A stretch of DNA of 64,000 nt from positions 1,984,001-2,048,000 of the forward strand of contig NC_081333.1 in the NCBI RefSeq assembly GCF_022539665.2. The letters run 5' to 3'. Of the stretch, positions 29,010 through 40,790 are shown in pieces. The DNA comes from Daphnia carinata. Its lineage: Eukaryota. Position numbers and translations under genes: made by a program. Position 1 is the stretch's first letter, and every line of letters begins with the position of its first letter. Below the pieces are notes generated by a model, which saw nothing but the letters and a program-made list of their open reading frames with translations, had not been told where the DNA came from and did not search any database.

Positions 29010-29348
29010 AAAAAGCGGACTTCCTCCATGCTAAGATATCCTCACGATATTCATTCATGATATTCATGATATATCCTCAAGACCGAGTATCCGAGTTTCG
29101 AAGTGGATCATAACTGCCTACCCCACCTTGTTGGAGGTGGAAGTTTAACCAACAAGCTACCACTTCTCTACCACGGTCACCCTAAGTCTTGTATGACAGC
29201 TCTTACCTCTCTAACCAGTTTTGGTTGGATGGTACTGGTATCGGCCGCTACCTGTACGAGCCATACCAACAACACGCAGAGTGATAATTGCAGTCTAGCA
29301 AGCCCAATGCTGGGATGAGTGCAACACCCGTTCGTTGGAAGTGCCGCT
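29010..29348 (-). ncRNA. Putative Pol III structured ncRNA, copy 1 (~339 nt, family not recognised)
   Basis: Upstream TATATAA at -32..-26 and PSE-like element; 5' AGCGGCACTTCC pairs with 3' GGAAGTCCGCT followed by T5; several internal helices. Confidence 0.65.
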
Positions 29349-29373
29349 ACTATGAGGAGTCGCACTACAACCC

Positions 29374-29415
29374 TTATATACCGTGAATTGAGTGCCGAAA
29401 CACGGTTGATAACGC
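29374..29415 (-). promoter_or_regulatory. Type-3 Pol III-like promoter (PSE-like + TATA); also at 32120-32161, 35554-35595, 38241-38282, 41679-41719
   Basis: Minus strand GCGTTATCAACCGTGTTTCGG - 12 nt - GGTATATAA - 25 nt - predicted +1; resembles insect PSEA (TCAAC core) and the 12-bp PSEA-TATA spacing of Drosophila U6. Copy 5 has a 1-nt deletion at the PSE edge. Confidence 0.55.
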
Positions 29416-29844
29416 CGTGATGCAGTTTTCCACCAATAATCTCGTTTCAAATATTTAATGGAATAGAGATTGGTAAATGTAATAAATGAACGTTATTCGA
29501 AATGTTATGAAGAATACGATTCGACTTCATTATGAAACAAAAATTTATGGAAATAAAAAAAAAAAACGATAAATTGAGTGAAACTTTGCATAGGGGAATA
29601 CAGTCATGCTGGGTGCAACTGTGTGCTTGCTATAGGTTTTCTGCTGCTCGTTTCTTGTCATTTTAATACGTAAACTGGTTGAAATTTTGCCACATTTTTC
29701 ATAGAGGTCGTATTTGTCACCACAGCATCGCTAGAGGTGGACTGCTAAAGCCAGTCTGTCCGGACAGTCGGTGTGCATTGAACAGATGCCACAGTTAGCC
29801 CAATGTACAATAACTCTAAAAATATAAGTTTCAAGTAAAAATGA

Positions 29845-30750
29845 AGTCACTTTTCGTGATTCTCGTTCAATTTTGAATACAAATCATGTATTTTAATAGT
29901 TATATCAGGTTTTTTTTTATTAAAATAAAAAAAAATAGAAAGTCGGACTTATATACTGTCGGGCTCACAATGTCGGGCTTAAATTTTCAAGCCCAATTTT
30001 CTCGTGAAAAAAAAGGACATTCCATGATCTTTTTAAAGATCTTCGTTTTATTTAAATATTTTGAATCGGAATCATCTACAGTTATCTAGACTTAATGATA
30101 TTATTTTTTAATAGGACAAAATTTTAAGCCCGACTTTTAGTTTTTTACGTTTAATTCAGAATCAATAAGCACAATATAAAAACATACCTCATTTTCGTGA
30201 TCAGCAATCAATTTCGAATCGGAATAATGTATTTTTAATGAAATCTAGGATTTGAAGAAAATTGGAAAAGTGAGAAGGTATATAGCCTTCTCACAAAATT
30301 TTTTTCAATTGGTTTCGATGCAAAAACGGGTATCACGTATAGATTTCGCTTAGTTTTTGAATAAAACGTAAAAAACGGTGATGTTGGGTTTAAAAAAATG
30401 AGCCCGACTAAAAAAATATGCCCGACTTTATCTTTAAATTACGATTTTTTCAAAAACGGCTTACGTGACAAAAAAACAAATGGTTTTTTCTGAATCAGCG
30501 TTAAAACTGGGTTATGTTGTAGGATTTTCATCGCATTCCGAGAGATTTCGATTTTTCCCGATTTTGACGAAAGTGGGAAGGCTATAGCCTTCTCACTTTT
30601 TCAATTTTGGCAAAATTTTAGATTTCGCTTTAAATACATGGTTTCGATGCAGAATTGAGCGGGCATCCCGAATATGAGGGTTGTTTTCTCGTGGGACTCA
30701 TAGTTTTTTAATAAAACATAAAAAAGCGGTAAAAGTTGGGTTAAAAAATA
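29845..30750. repeat. AT-rich foldback/MITE-like repeat with internal inverted repeats; second copy ~36023-36873, partial copies ~32583-32740, ~38705-38870, ~42140-42505
   Basis: Inverted AAAGTCGGGCTTAAATTTT / AAATTTTAAGCCCGACTTT motifs and palindromes centred on GAAGGCTATAGCCTTC (30270-30294, 30570-30599, 36430-36445, 36715-36744); no transposase ORF, termini/TSD not resolved. Confidence 0.55.
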
Positions 30751-30956
30751 ATGCTGCGTTATTCAACTTGCCTTTCAATTTGCAAATTCCAAATTTTGCG
30801 TATGGATCACTACCAAGTTTACCTTATATACTGTATCTTCAGCCTTTATTCCACAAACTATAGTAAGAACCCAAGCGTGAATATGTCCGTTTTTCTTCTG
30901 GTTACATTAATACATTAGCGGAGGCATACAGAAAAGGAAAAAAGCGTAGGATTGTG

Positions 30957-31077
30957 TCTCCAGTGGCGCATATGGTTAGCGCATGGTACTTATACGACAG
31001 TAATCTCATTGCGATTCGGGACCTAAGCGATTCACGAAGTTATGCCTTGGTCGCGAGTTCGAACCTCGCCTGGAGAA
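30957..31077 (+). tRNA. tRNA-Ile(TAT) with 47-nt intron (30995-31041); U27-U43 mismatch, possibly impaired
   Basis: TCTCCAG/CTGGAGA acceptor stem, GCGC D stem, CT-TAT-A anticodon loop split after position 37, GCGAG-TTCGAAC-CTCGC T arm, downstream T4. Confidence 0.8.
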
Positions 31078-31229
31078 TGTTTTGCTTTCAATCTGCCCGA
31101 TCTCGACAGGTATGATTAGAACCGGAACAGACAACTACGCTTCCTAAACACAACTGAATGAACAGTCGAGGCTTTATCTCCATTTGTACATAGGTTTTGC
31201 CAACATCAATCCAGCAGATCAAAATGCGT

Positions 31230-31348
31230 TTCTCCAGGCGAGGCTCGAACTCGCGACCTCGGCATTACTTTACGGAAACAACGATCCTTTGCGCAATGAA
31301 GTTACTGACATATAAGTACCATGCGCTAACCAACTGCGCTACTGGAGA
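31230..31348 (-). tRNA. tRNA-Ile(TAT) with 45-nt intron (31266-31310), intact
   Basis: Complete cloverleaf on minus strand, A and B boxes intact, T4 terminator just downstream. Confidence 0.9.
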
Positions 31349-31450
31349 TGTTTTCAATGTTTTGTTTCCTAATCTTATCAAAGTTACACAGTTCAATCAG
31401 GCAATCGTAGGAAGCGACGTTATCGTAATCGGACAAGAATAAAAACCCAA

Positions 31451-31473
31451 TTCTCTAGGCGAGGATCGAACTC
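31451..31473 (-). pseudogene. 3' fragment (T arm/acceptor) of a third tRNA-Ile; also 34879-34901, 37569-37591, 41006-41028
   Basis: TTCTCTAGGCGAGGATCGAACTC and its flank match the full gene at 43450-43569 and its flank. Confidence 0.75.
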
Positions 31474-31630
31474 CGGTGTTTTGGTTTCTGTTCCTTCATT
31501 GCCATCACGACAGGATAGTGATGGTGGTGAAGTACAGGTACAGGGTTTGGTAGCGACTCTTCATCGCACTGTTCCATTTCTTTTATCTGTGAGCGTAATT
31601 CTTCCTGATTCCCCACCATTGCGTAGTTAG
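31474..31630 (-). pseudogene. Orphan exon fragment paralogous to exon 4 of the 43887-45845 gene; also ~34902-35060, ~37592-37750, ~41029-41185
   Basis: Translates as NYAMVGNQEELRSQIKEMEQ...YPVVMAMKEQKP vs NYATMRNQQELRSQMKEMEQ...PPVVMTVEQQKP; splice acceptor AG absent. Confidence 0.8.
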
Positions 31631-31755
31631 TTTTTTTTTTTTAAAGGAGTTCTAGCATATCGGCTAACGGGGTATACCGGGAAAGCTATCTGTAATAGTT
31701 ATTAAAATAAAACAGAAGCTACTGGTGTACCTTGTACAAGGTGTGCCTTCCAAGC

Positions 31756-32094
31756 AAAAAGCGGACTTCCTCCATGCTAAGATATCCTCATGATATTCAT
31801 TCATGATATTCATGATATATCCTCAAGACCGAGTATCCGAGTTTCGAAGTGGATCATAACTGCCTACTCCACCTTGTTGGAGGTGGAAGTTTAACCAACA
31901 AGCTACCACTTCTCTACCACGGACTCCCTAAGTCTTGTATGACAGCTCTTACCTCTCTAACCAGTTTTGGTTGGATGGTACTGGTATCGGCCGCTACCTG
32001 TACGAGCCATACCAACAACACGCAGAGTGATAATTGCTGTCTAGCAAGCCCAATGCTGGGATGAGTGCAACACCCGTTCGTTGGAAGTGCCGCT
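31756..32094 (-). ncRNA. Putative Pol III structured ncRNA, copy 2
   Basis: As copy 1; promoter 32120-32161, T5 terminator. Confidence 0.65.
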
Positions 32095-33037
32095 ACTATG
32101 AGGAGTCGCACTACAACCCTTATATACCGTGAATTGAGTGCCGAAACACGGTTGATAACGCCGTGATGCAGTTTTCCACCAATAATCTCGTTTCAAATAT
32201 TTAATGGAATAGAGATTGGTAAATGTAATAAATGAACGTTATTCGAAATGTTATGAAGAATACGATTCGACTTCATTATGAAACAAAAATTTATGGAAAT
32301 TAAAAAAAAAACGATAAATTGAGTGAAACTTTGCAAAGGGGAATACAGTCATGCTGGGTGCAACTGTGTGCTTGCTATAGGTTTTCTGCTGCTCGTTTCT
32401 TGTCATTTTAATACGTAAACTGGTTGAAATTTTGCCACATTTTTCATAGAGGTTGTCACCACAGCATCGCTAGAGGTGGACTGCTAAAGCCAGTCTGTCC
32501 GGACAGTCGGTGTGCATTGAATAGATGCCACAGTTAGCCCAATGTACAATAACTCTAAAAATATAAGTTTCAAGTAAAAGTGAAGTCACTTTTCGTGATT
32601 CTCGTTCAATTTTGAATACATATCATGTATTTTAATAGTTATATCAGGTTTTTTTTTATTAAAATAGAAAAAAATAGAAAAAGTCGGGCTTAAATTTTGA
32701 AGCCCAATTTTCTCGTGAAATTCGTGATGATCTTTTTTAATGATTCAGGTCAACACAATAAAAGCTAGAAGTCACTTGATAATGAAAATAGTCGGCGAAA
32801 TGCGAGTAATTATTGTATTCCAAAGAAAATGCTTTGAAAAATTTGTTAGACCGATTCTTTTCCCTGGGACTAATGAAGAAATGCACAGAACTGAACAAGA
32901 TAGTGGGCAGTTATTGAAGAAAGAAGTAATCGGAATCAATAATCAGGGAGACGTAAATTAGACAGTATAGTGTCATAAGCAAGGATGAAGGCAAAACGTT
33001 GACATTGGGCGTTTTCGTTTGTTTCGCACGAACCAAT

Positions 33038-33657
33038 CTATCCCTTGATCTTAATCATACCGGGGGGTATGGGACAGCAGAGTTTCTTGAAGCCGGTCCA
33101 GCACCTTTTCCCGTTTCCTCTGATGTCAGTCAGCATTTCTTGGAACTTGTTGCCACAAGCTGGCAAACAGAATGGCGACGTCCCACTCCAGAAGCATCCG
33201 GAAGATGGTGATAGGATATCGATTGGTGCGGCAACTGACGGGGCTATTACTTGTGGAACTACAACTTGCGGCCCTGTGTGAAACACTGTTTAAAAAAAGA
33301 TATTGCAAGGTTGGTTAAATTGAACAGTTTGTTGGCAATCATTTAGAATGTATGCCAACTCAAACTTACGTTGGCGTTTTTCCCGTAAGTAAGCGCTAGG
33401 ATTATCACGCGTTTCCACCTCTGGACAGAAAAATGAGCTTATTTAAATCGTATAATCGAATACGAATAAATCATAGATGTTTACCGATACTATCCAAATT
33501 CTGTGCGTCGGTAAACACAACGACAGCCACTGACAACAGCTGCAACGAAAACGATTAGTAAAACAGGTACGCTTTAATTTAAAGTAATGGTTGTCGTGAT
33601 CGGCATAGTTGACGTAATATCACGGGACTTACTTACCAAAATAATTGAGGACTTCAT
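33038..33657 (-). CDS. Secreted six-cysteine prepropeptide, copy 1 (~124 aa)
   Basis: Exons 33657-33637, 33539-33485, 33420-33370, 33285-33038 (GT-AG, in frame): MKSSIILLLSVAVVVFTDAQNLDSIEVETRDNPSAYLREKR-QLFHTGPQ...SGCFWSGTSPFCLPACGNKFQEMLTDIRGNGKRCWTGFKKLCCPIPPGMIKIKG. Confidence 0.85.
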
Positions 33658-34108
33658 AGTTGGATGTAGTCGTTTACACCAGAGCTCTGAAGATGAAGTT
33701 TCTTTGACACGCAAACAATCTAGAATAAATTCAGTAAATCCTTGCACAGCATATTCTAATGCCTCACGATTACGGAACGCGAATGATGTGATTTTGCCTT
33801 AGCGTGTCGTATGAGGTTGAAAACAAAGCATGGTAGTACGCACCTTCCTGCTGATAAATGTTCACCACCAAAAACAGTATCCATGGTTTTGAAAAGCAAT
33901 CCGGCTATGTGATAGTGAACTGGTTTCCGTTCTTACGCAAAGAGCTGCTGTAAAAATTTAATAGAAGTGTACAAGAGACTTCTTAACGCTATACGGGTTA
34001 CGATATGGAAATACAAAGCTCAAATCACGATATCAAGCCAAGGAAGCGGTAGATAATATTCCTTAGTATTAACGGAGGTTGATTCAATCGATAGAAAGAA
34101 CGTGAACG

Positions 34109-34181
34109 TACCTTTGGCGTGATTCGAACTCGCAATCCCCGGCTTAGGAGGCTGGTGCCTTATCCATTAGGCCACATAGGC
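34109..34181 (-). pseudogene. tRNA-Arg(CCT)-like, degenerate
   Basis: GCCTATGTGGCCTAATGGATAAGGC...CT-CCT-AA...GTTCGAATC; mismatches in acceptor, anticodon and T stems. Confidence 0.7.
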
Positions 34182-34381
34182 TTTGTTATTCAACCTGCCT
34201 TCCAACTTGCAAATTCCAAATTTCCGACTACCAAGTTTACCTCATATTTCTTCAGCCTTCATTCCACAAACTATCGTAAGAACCCAAGCGTGAATATGTC
34301 CGTTTTTCTTCTGATTACATTAATTCATTAGCGGAGGCATACAGAAAAGGAATGTTGTAAGGGAAAACGCGTGTAATTGTG

Positions 34382-34502
34382 TCTCCATTGGCGCAGATGG
34401 TTAGCGCATGGTACTTATACGACAGTAATCTCATTGCGATTCGTGAACTAAACGATTCACGAAGTTATGCCGAGGTCGCGAGTTCGATCTTCGCCTGGAG
34501 AA
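34382..34502 (+). tRNA. tRNA-Ile(TAT) with 47-nt intron (34420-34466); 7-66 mismatch
   Basis: Cloverleaf with TCTCCAT/CTGGAGA acceptor; intron contains perfect TTCGTGAA/TTCACGAA hairpin. Confidence 0.75.
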
Positions 34503-34653
34503 TGTTTTGCTTTCAATCTGCCCGATCTCGACAGGTATGATTAGAACCGGAACAGACAACTTCGCTTCCTAAACACACCTGAATGAACAGCCGAAGCTTA
34601 AGATTCACTTGTGCATCAGCTTTGCTAACATCAATCAGCAGAACAAAATAAAT

Positions 34654-34772
34654 TTCTGCAGGCGAGGCTCGAACTCGCGACCTCGGCATTCTTTTACGAA
34701 TAGAACTCTCGTTAACGCAATGAATTTATTGACATATAAGTACCATGCGCTAACCAACTCTGCCAATGCTGA
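34654..34772 (-). pseudogene. tRNA-Ile(TAT) pseudogene with intron
   Basis: Anticodon and T arms intact but acceptor stem (TCAGCAT/CTGCAGA) and D stem (GCAG) disrupted. Confidence 0.75.
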
Positions 34773-35189
34773 TGATTTTAGAATTTTGTTTCCTAACTTT
34801 TGTTTTCCTTCCTTCACAGTTTAATCAGGCAATCGCAGGAAGCGGCGTCATCGTAATGGGACAAGAATAAAAACCCAATTCTCTAGGCGAGGATCGAACT
34901 CCGGTGTTTTGGTTTCTGTTCCTCCATTGCCATCACGACAGGATAGGGATGGTGGTGAGGCACAGGTACAGGGTACGGTAGCGACCATTCATCACACTGT
35001 TCCATTTCTTTTATCTATGATCGTAATTCTTCCTGATTCCCCCCCATCGCGTAGTTAGTTGTTGTTTTTTTTAAAGAGTTCTAGCATAGACATTCGGTCA
35101 ATATGTTTTAACGGGAAAGTTATCTGTAATATTTATTAAAATAAAACAGAAGCTACTGGTGTAACTTGTACAAGGTGTACCTTCCAAGC

Positions 35190-35528
35190 AAAAAGCGGAC
35201 TTCCTCCATGCTAAGATATCCTCATGATATTCATTCATGATATTCATGATATATCCTCAAGACCGAGTATCCGAGTTTCAAAGTGGATCATAACTGCCTA
35301 CCCCACCTTGTTGGAGGTGGAAGTTTAACCAACAAGCTACCACTTCTCTACCACGGACTCCCTAAGTCTTGTATGACAGCTCTTACCTCTCTAACCAGTT
35401 TTGGTTGGATGGTACTGGTATCGGCCGCTACCTGTACGAGCCATACCAACAACACGCAGAGTGATAATTGCTGTCTAGCAAGCCCAATGCTGGGATGAGT
35501 GCAACACCCGTTCGTTGGAAGTGCCGCT
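35190..35528 (-). ncRNA. Putative Pol III structured ncRNA, copy 3
   Basis: As copy 1; promoter 35554-35595, T5 terminator. Confidence 0.65.
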
Positions 35529-37079
35529 ACTATGAGGAGTCGCACTACAACCCTTATATACCGTGAATTGAGTCCCGAAACACGGTTGATAACGCCGTGA
35601 TGCAGTTTTCCACCAATAATCTCGTTTCAAATATTTAATGGAATAGAGATTGGTAAATGTAATAAATGAACGTTATTCGAAATGTTATGAAGAATACGAT
35701 TCGACTTCATTATGAAACAAAAATTTATGGAAATAAAAAAAAACGATAAATTGAGTGAAACTTTGCATAGGGGAATACAGTCATGCTGGGTGCAACTGTG
35801 TGCTTGCTATAGGTTTTCTGCTGCACGTTTCTTGTCATTTTATTACGTAAACTGGTTGAAATTTTGCCACATTTTTCATAGAGGTCGCATTTGTCACCAC
35901 AGCATCGCTAGAGGTGGACTGCTAAAGCCAGTCTGTCCGGACAGTCGGTGTGCATTGAATAGATGCCATAGTTAGCCCAATGTACAATAACTCTAAAAAT
36001 ATAAGTTTCAAGTAAAAATGAAGTCACTTTTCATGATTCTTGTTCAATTTTGAATACAAATCATGTATTTTAATAGATATATCAGGTTTTTTTATTAAAA
36101 TAAAAAAAAAATAGAAAAAGTCGGACTTATATACTGTCGGGCTCACAATGTCGGGCTTAAATTTTCAAGCCCAATTTTCTCGTGAAAAAAAAGGACATTC
36201 CATGATCTTTTTAAAGATCCTCATTTTATTTAAATATTTTGAATCGGAATCATCTACAGTTATCTAGACTTAATGATATTATTTTTTAATAGGACAAAAT
36301 TTTAAGCCCGACTTTTAGTTTTTTACGTTTAATTCAGAATCAATAAGCACAATAAAAAACATACCTCATTTTCGTGATCAGCAATCAATTTTAATGTATT
36401 TTTAATGAAATCTAGTTTAATTCAAAATCGAAGGCTATAGCCTTCTTAATTTTTCATAAAAAGATTTCGCCTTAAGTACATTTTCGATGATCATTGAACG
36501 ATCACGTATATGAGGTTTGTTTTCTTTGGGAATTTTGAATAAAACGTAAAAAACGGTAAAAAAAATGAGCCCGTATTTTTAAATTACGATTTTTTCAAAA
36601 ACGGCTTACGTGACAAAAAAACAAATGGTTTTTTCTGAATCAGCGTTAAAACTGGGTTATATTGCAGGATTTTCATCGCATTCCGAGAGATTTCGATTTT
36701 TCCCGATTTTGACGAAAGTGGGAAGGCTATAGCCTTCTCACTTTTTCAATTTTGGCAAAATTTTAGATTTCGCTTTAAATACATGGTTTCGATGCAGAAT
36801 TGAGCGGGCATCCCGAATATTAAGTTAAATAATATACCGATAACATTATCGGTAAAAGTTGGGTTAAAAAATAAGGCTGCGTTATTCAACTTGCCTTTCA
36901 ATTTGCAAATTCCAAATTTTGCGTATGGATCACTACCAAGTTTACCTTATATACTGTATCTTCAGCCTTTATTACACAAACTATAGTAAGATCCCCCGCG
37001 TGAATATGTCCGTTTTTCTTCTGGTTACATTAATACATTAGCGGAGGCATACAGAAAAGGAAAAAAGCGTAGGATTGTG

Positions 37080-37200
37080 TCTCCAGTAGCGCAGATGGTT
37101 AGCGCATGGTACTTATAAGACAGGAAACTCATTGCGATTCGGGACCTAAGCGATTCACGGAGTTATGCCGAGGTCGCGAGTTCGATCCTCGCCTGGAGTA
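37080..37200 (+). tRNA. tRNA-Ile(TAT) with 47-nt intron; 1-72 mismatch
   Basis: Cloverleaf with CTGGAGT 3' acceptor strand (U1-U72). Confidence 0.7.
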
Positions 37201-37353
37201 ATACTTTGCTTTCAATCTGCCCGATCTCGACAGTTATGATTAGAACCGGAACAGACAACTACGCTTCCTAAACACAACTGAATGAACAGTCGAGGCTTTA
37301 TCTCCATTTGTACATAGGTTTTGCAACCATCAATCCAGCAGATCAAAATGCGT

Positions 37354-37466
37354 TTCTCCAGGCGAGGCTCGAACTCGCGACCTCGGCATTACTACGATCG
37401 TCTACGCATACTGCTATGAATACTGACTTATAAGTACCATGCGCTAACCAACTGCGCCACTGGAGA
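37354..37466 (-). tRNA. tRNA-Ile(TAT) with 39-nt intron (37390-37428), intact
   Basis: Complete cloverleaf, A/B boxes, T4 terminator. Confidence 0.9.
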
Positions 37467-37877
37467 TGTTTTCAATGTTTTGTTTCCTAATCTTATCAAA
37501 GTTACACAGTTCAATCAGGCAATCGTAGGAAGCGACGTTATCGTAATCGGACAAGAATAAAAACCCAATTCTCTAGGCGAGGATCGAACTCCGGTGTTTT
37601 GGTTTCTGTTCCTTCATTGCCATCACGACAGGATAGTGATGGTGGTGAAGTACAGGTACAGGGTTTGGTAGCGACTCTTCATCGCACTGTTCCATTTCTT
37701 TTATCTGTGAGAGTAATTCTTCCTGATTCCCCACCATTGCGTAGTTAGTTTTTTTTTTTTAAAGGAGTTCTAGCATGGACATTCGGCTAACGTGGTATAC
37801 CGGAAAAGCTATGTGTAATAGTTATTAAAATAAAACAGAAGCTACTGGTGTAACTTGTACAAGGTGTACCTTCCAAG

Positions 37878-38215
37878 AAAAGCGGACTTCCTCCATGCTA
37901 AGATATCCTCATGATATTCATTCATGATATTCATGATATATCCTCAAGACCGAGTATCCGGGTTTCAAAGTGGATCATAACTGCCTACCCCACCTTGTTG
38001 GAGGTGGAAGTTTAACCAACAAGCTACCAGTTCTCTACCACGGACTCCCTAAGTCTTGTATGACAGCTCTTACCTCTCTAACCAGTTTTGGTTGGATGAT
38101 ACTGGTATCGGCCGCTACCTGTACGAGCCATACCAACAACACGCAGAGTGGTAATTGCTGTCTAGCAAGCCCAATGCTGGGATGAGTGCAACACCCGTTC
38201 GTTGGAAGTGCCGCT
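37878..38215 (-). ncRNA. Putative Pol III structured ncRNA, copy 4
   Basis: As copy 1; promoter 38241-38282; terminator is T4. Confidence 0.6.
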
Positions 38216-39167
38216 ACTAAGAGGAGTCGCACTACAACCCTTATATACCGTGAATTGAGTCCCGAAACACGGTTGATAACGCCGTGATGCAGTTTTCCAC
38301 CAATAATCTCGTTTCAAATATTTAATGGAATACAAATTGGTAAATGTAATAAATGAACGTTATTCAAAATGTTATGAAGAATACGATTCGACTTCATTAT
38401 GAAACAAAAATTTATGGAAATAAAAAAAAAACGATAAATTGAGTGATACTTTGCATAGGGAAATACAGTCATGCTGGGTGCAACATTGTGCTTGCTATAG
38501 GTTTTCTGCTGCCCGTTTCTTGTCATTTTAATATGTAAACTGGTTGAAATTTTGCCACATTTTTCATAGAGGTCACATTTGTCACCACAGCATCGCTAGA
38601 GGTGGACTGCTAAAGCCAGCCTGTCCGGACAGTCGGTGTGCATTGAATAGATGCCATAGTTAGCCCAATGTACAATAACTCTAAAAATATAAGTTTCACG
38701 TGAAAATGAATTAACTTTTCATGATCCTTGTTCAATTTTGAACATAAATTATGTATTTTCATAGTTATATCAGGTTTTTTTTTTATTAAAATAGAAAAAA
38801 ATAGATAAAGTCGGGCTTAAATTTTGAAGCCCAATTTTCTCGTGAAATTCGTGATGATCTTTTTTAATGATTCAGGTCAACACAATAAAAGCTAGAAGTC
38901 ACTTGAAAATTAAAATAGTCGGCGAAATGCGAGTAATTATTGTATTCCAAAGAAAATGCTTTGAAAAATTTGTTAGACCGATTCTTTTCCCTGGGACTAA
39001 TGAAGAAATGCATAGAACTGAGCAAGATAGTGGGCAGTTATTGAAGAAAGAAGTAATCGGAATCAATAATCAGGGAGACGTAAATTAGACAGTATAGTGT
39101 CATAAGCAAGGATGAAGGCAAAACGTTGACACTGGGTGTTTTCGTTTGTTTCGCACGAAAAAGCAAT

Positions 39168-39786
39168 CTATCCCTTGAACTTAATCATACCGGGAGGTAT
39201 GGGACAGCAGAGTTTCTTGAAGCCGGTCCAGCACCTTTTCCCGTTTCCCCTGATGTCAGTCAACATTTCTTGGAACTTGTTGCCACAAGCTGGGAAACAG
39301 AATGGCGACGTCCCACTCCAGAAGCATCCGGAAGATGGTGATAGGATATCGATTTGTGCGGCAACTGACGGGGCTATTACTTGTGGAACTACAACTTGCG
39401 GCCCTGTGTGAAACACTGTTTAAAAAAAAAAAGATATTGCAAGGTAAATTGAATAAAGAGTTTGTTGACAATCATTTAGATATAAACCAATTCAAACTTA
39501 CGTTGGCGTTTCTCCCGTAAGTAAGCGTTAGGATTATCACGCGTTTCCACCTCTGGACAGAAAAATGAGCTTATTTAAATCGTATAATCGAATACGAATA
39601 AATCATAGATGTTTACCGATACTATCCAAATTCTGTGCGTCGGTAAACACAACGACAGCCACTGACAACAGCTGCAACGAAAACGACTGGTAAAACAAGT
39701 GCGCTTTAATTTAAAGTAATGGTGGTCGTAATCGGCATAGTTGACGTAATATTAGACTTACTTACCAAAATAATTGAGGACTTCAT
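39168..39786 (-). CDS. Secreted six-cysteine prepropeptide, copy 2 (~124 aa)
   Basis: Exons 39786-39766, 39671-39617, 39552-39502, 39415-39168; near-identical to 33038-33657. Confidence 0.85.
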
Positions 39787-40240
39787 AGTTGGATGTAGTC
39801 GTTCACACTAGAGCTCTAGAGATGAAGTTTCTTTGACAGGCAAATAATCTAGAATAAATTCAGTAAATCCTTGCACAGCATATTGTAATGCCTCACGATT
39901 ACGGAACACGAATGATGTGGTTTTGCGTTAGCATTTCGTATGAGGTTGAAAACAAAGCCTGGCAGTACGCACCTTCCTGTTGATAAACGTTCACCACCAA
40001 AAATACTTTCACTTTATCGCCATGGCTTTGAGAAGCAATCCGTCTATATGATAGGGAACTGGTTTCCGTTCTTACGCAAAGAGTAAATGGAAACCTTTAA
40101 GGCAACTGTACAAGAGACTTGTTAACGCTATACGTGTAACGGAACGGAAATGCATAGCTCTGATTAAGATGAAGGAAGCGGTAGACAATATTGCTTGGTA
40201 TTAATGGGAGTCGATTTAATCGACAGACAGAACGTGATTA

Positions 40241-40313
40241 AGCCTCTGGCGGGTTTCGAACCCGCAATCCACGGATTAGGAGGCTGGTGCCTTATTCATT
40301 AGGCCACAGAAAC
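40241..40313 (-). pseudogene. tRNA-Arg(CCT) pseudogene
   Basis: Anticodon stem CCAGC/TCCGT unpaired; D-loop GG changed to GA. Confidence 0.7.
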
Positions 40314-40517
40314 TGCGTTATTCAACCCTTCCAATTTGCAAATTCCAAATTTCGCGTATGGATCACTACCAAGTTTACCTTATATATCTTCAGCCTTTAT
40401 TCCACAAACTATAGTAAGAACCCAAGCGTGAATATGTCCGTTTTTCTTCTGGTTAAATTAATACATTAGCGGAGGCATACAGAAAAGGATATTTAAGGGA
40501 AAACGCGTAGGATTGTG

Positions 40518-40638
40518 TCTCCATTGGCGCAGATGCTTAGCGCATGGTACTCATACGACAGTAATCGCATTGCGATTCGTGAACTAAACGATTCACGAAG
40601 TTATGCCGAGGTCGCGAGTTCAATCCTCGCCTGGAGAA
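40518..40638 (+). pseudogene. tRNA-Ile-body gene with CAT anticodon (40552-40554) and intron, probably pseudogene
   Basis: Same body as neighbours but CT-CAT-A; D-loop GG changed to GC, 7-66 mismatch. Confidence 0.65.
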
Positions 40639-40790
40639 TATTTTGCTTTCAACCTGCCCGATCTCGACAGGTATGATTAGAACCGAAACAGACAACTTGG
40701 CTTCCTAAACACAACTGAATGAACAGTCGAGGCTTTATATCCATTTGTACATTGGTTTTGCCAACATCAATCCAGCAGATCAAAATGCGT

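Noticed and set aside
29033..29080. Short ATATTCATG repeats as a CRISPR-like or minisatellite array
   Set aside because: Eukaryotic context, no unique spacers; only three to four degenerate units inside the ncRNA.
29010..29348. Telomerase RNA, 7SK, SRP, RNase P/MRP or Y RNA identity for the repeated RNA
   Set aside because: No CCTAA-permuted template, no 5' GGA/GAUC pair, no SRP helix 8 or UGUNR (only a weak Alu-like TCCCAGCATTGGG), GAGGAAGTCC lies at the 3' end rather than as CR-I, and it is about three times Y RNA length. Needs a covariance search to exclude firmly.
29103..29365. Repeated short ORFs MDHNCL... (+) and MRLLIV... (-) in array units
   Set aside because: GTG starts, lengths vary or are interrupted between copies (absent from copy 5 in the ORF track); better explained by the structured ncRNA.
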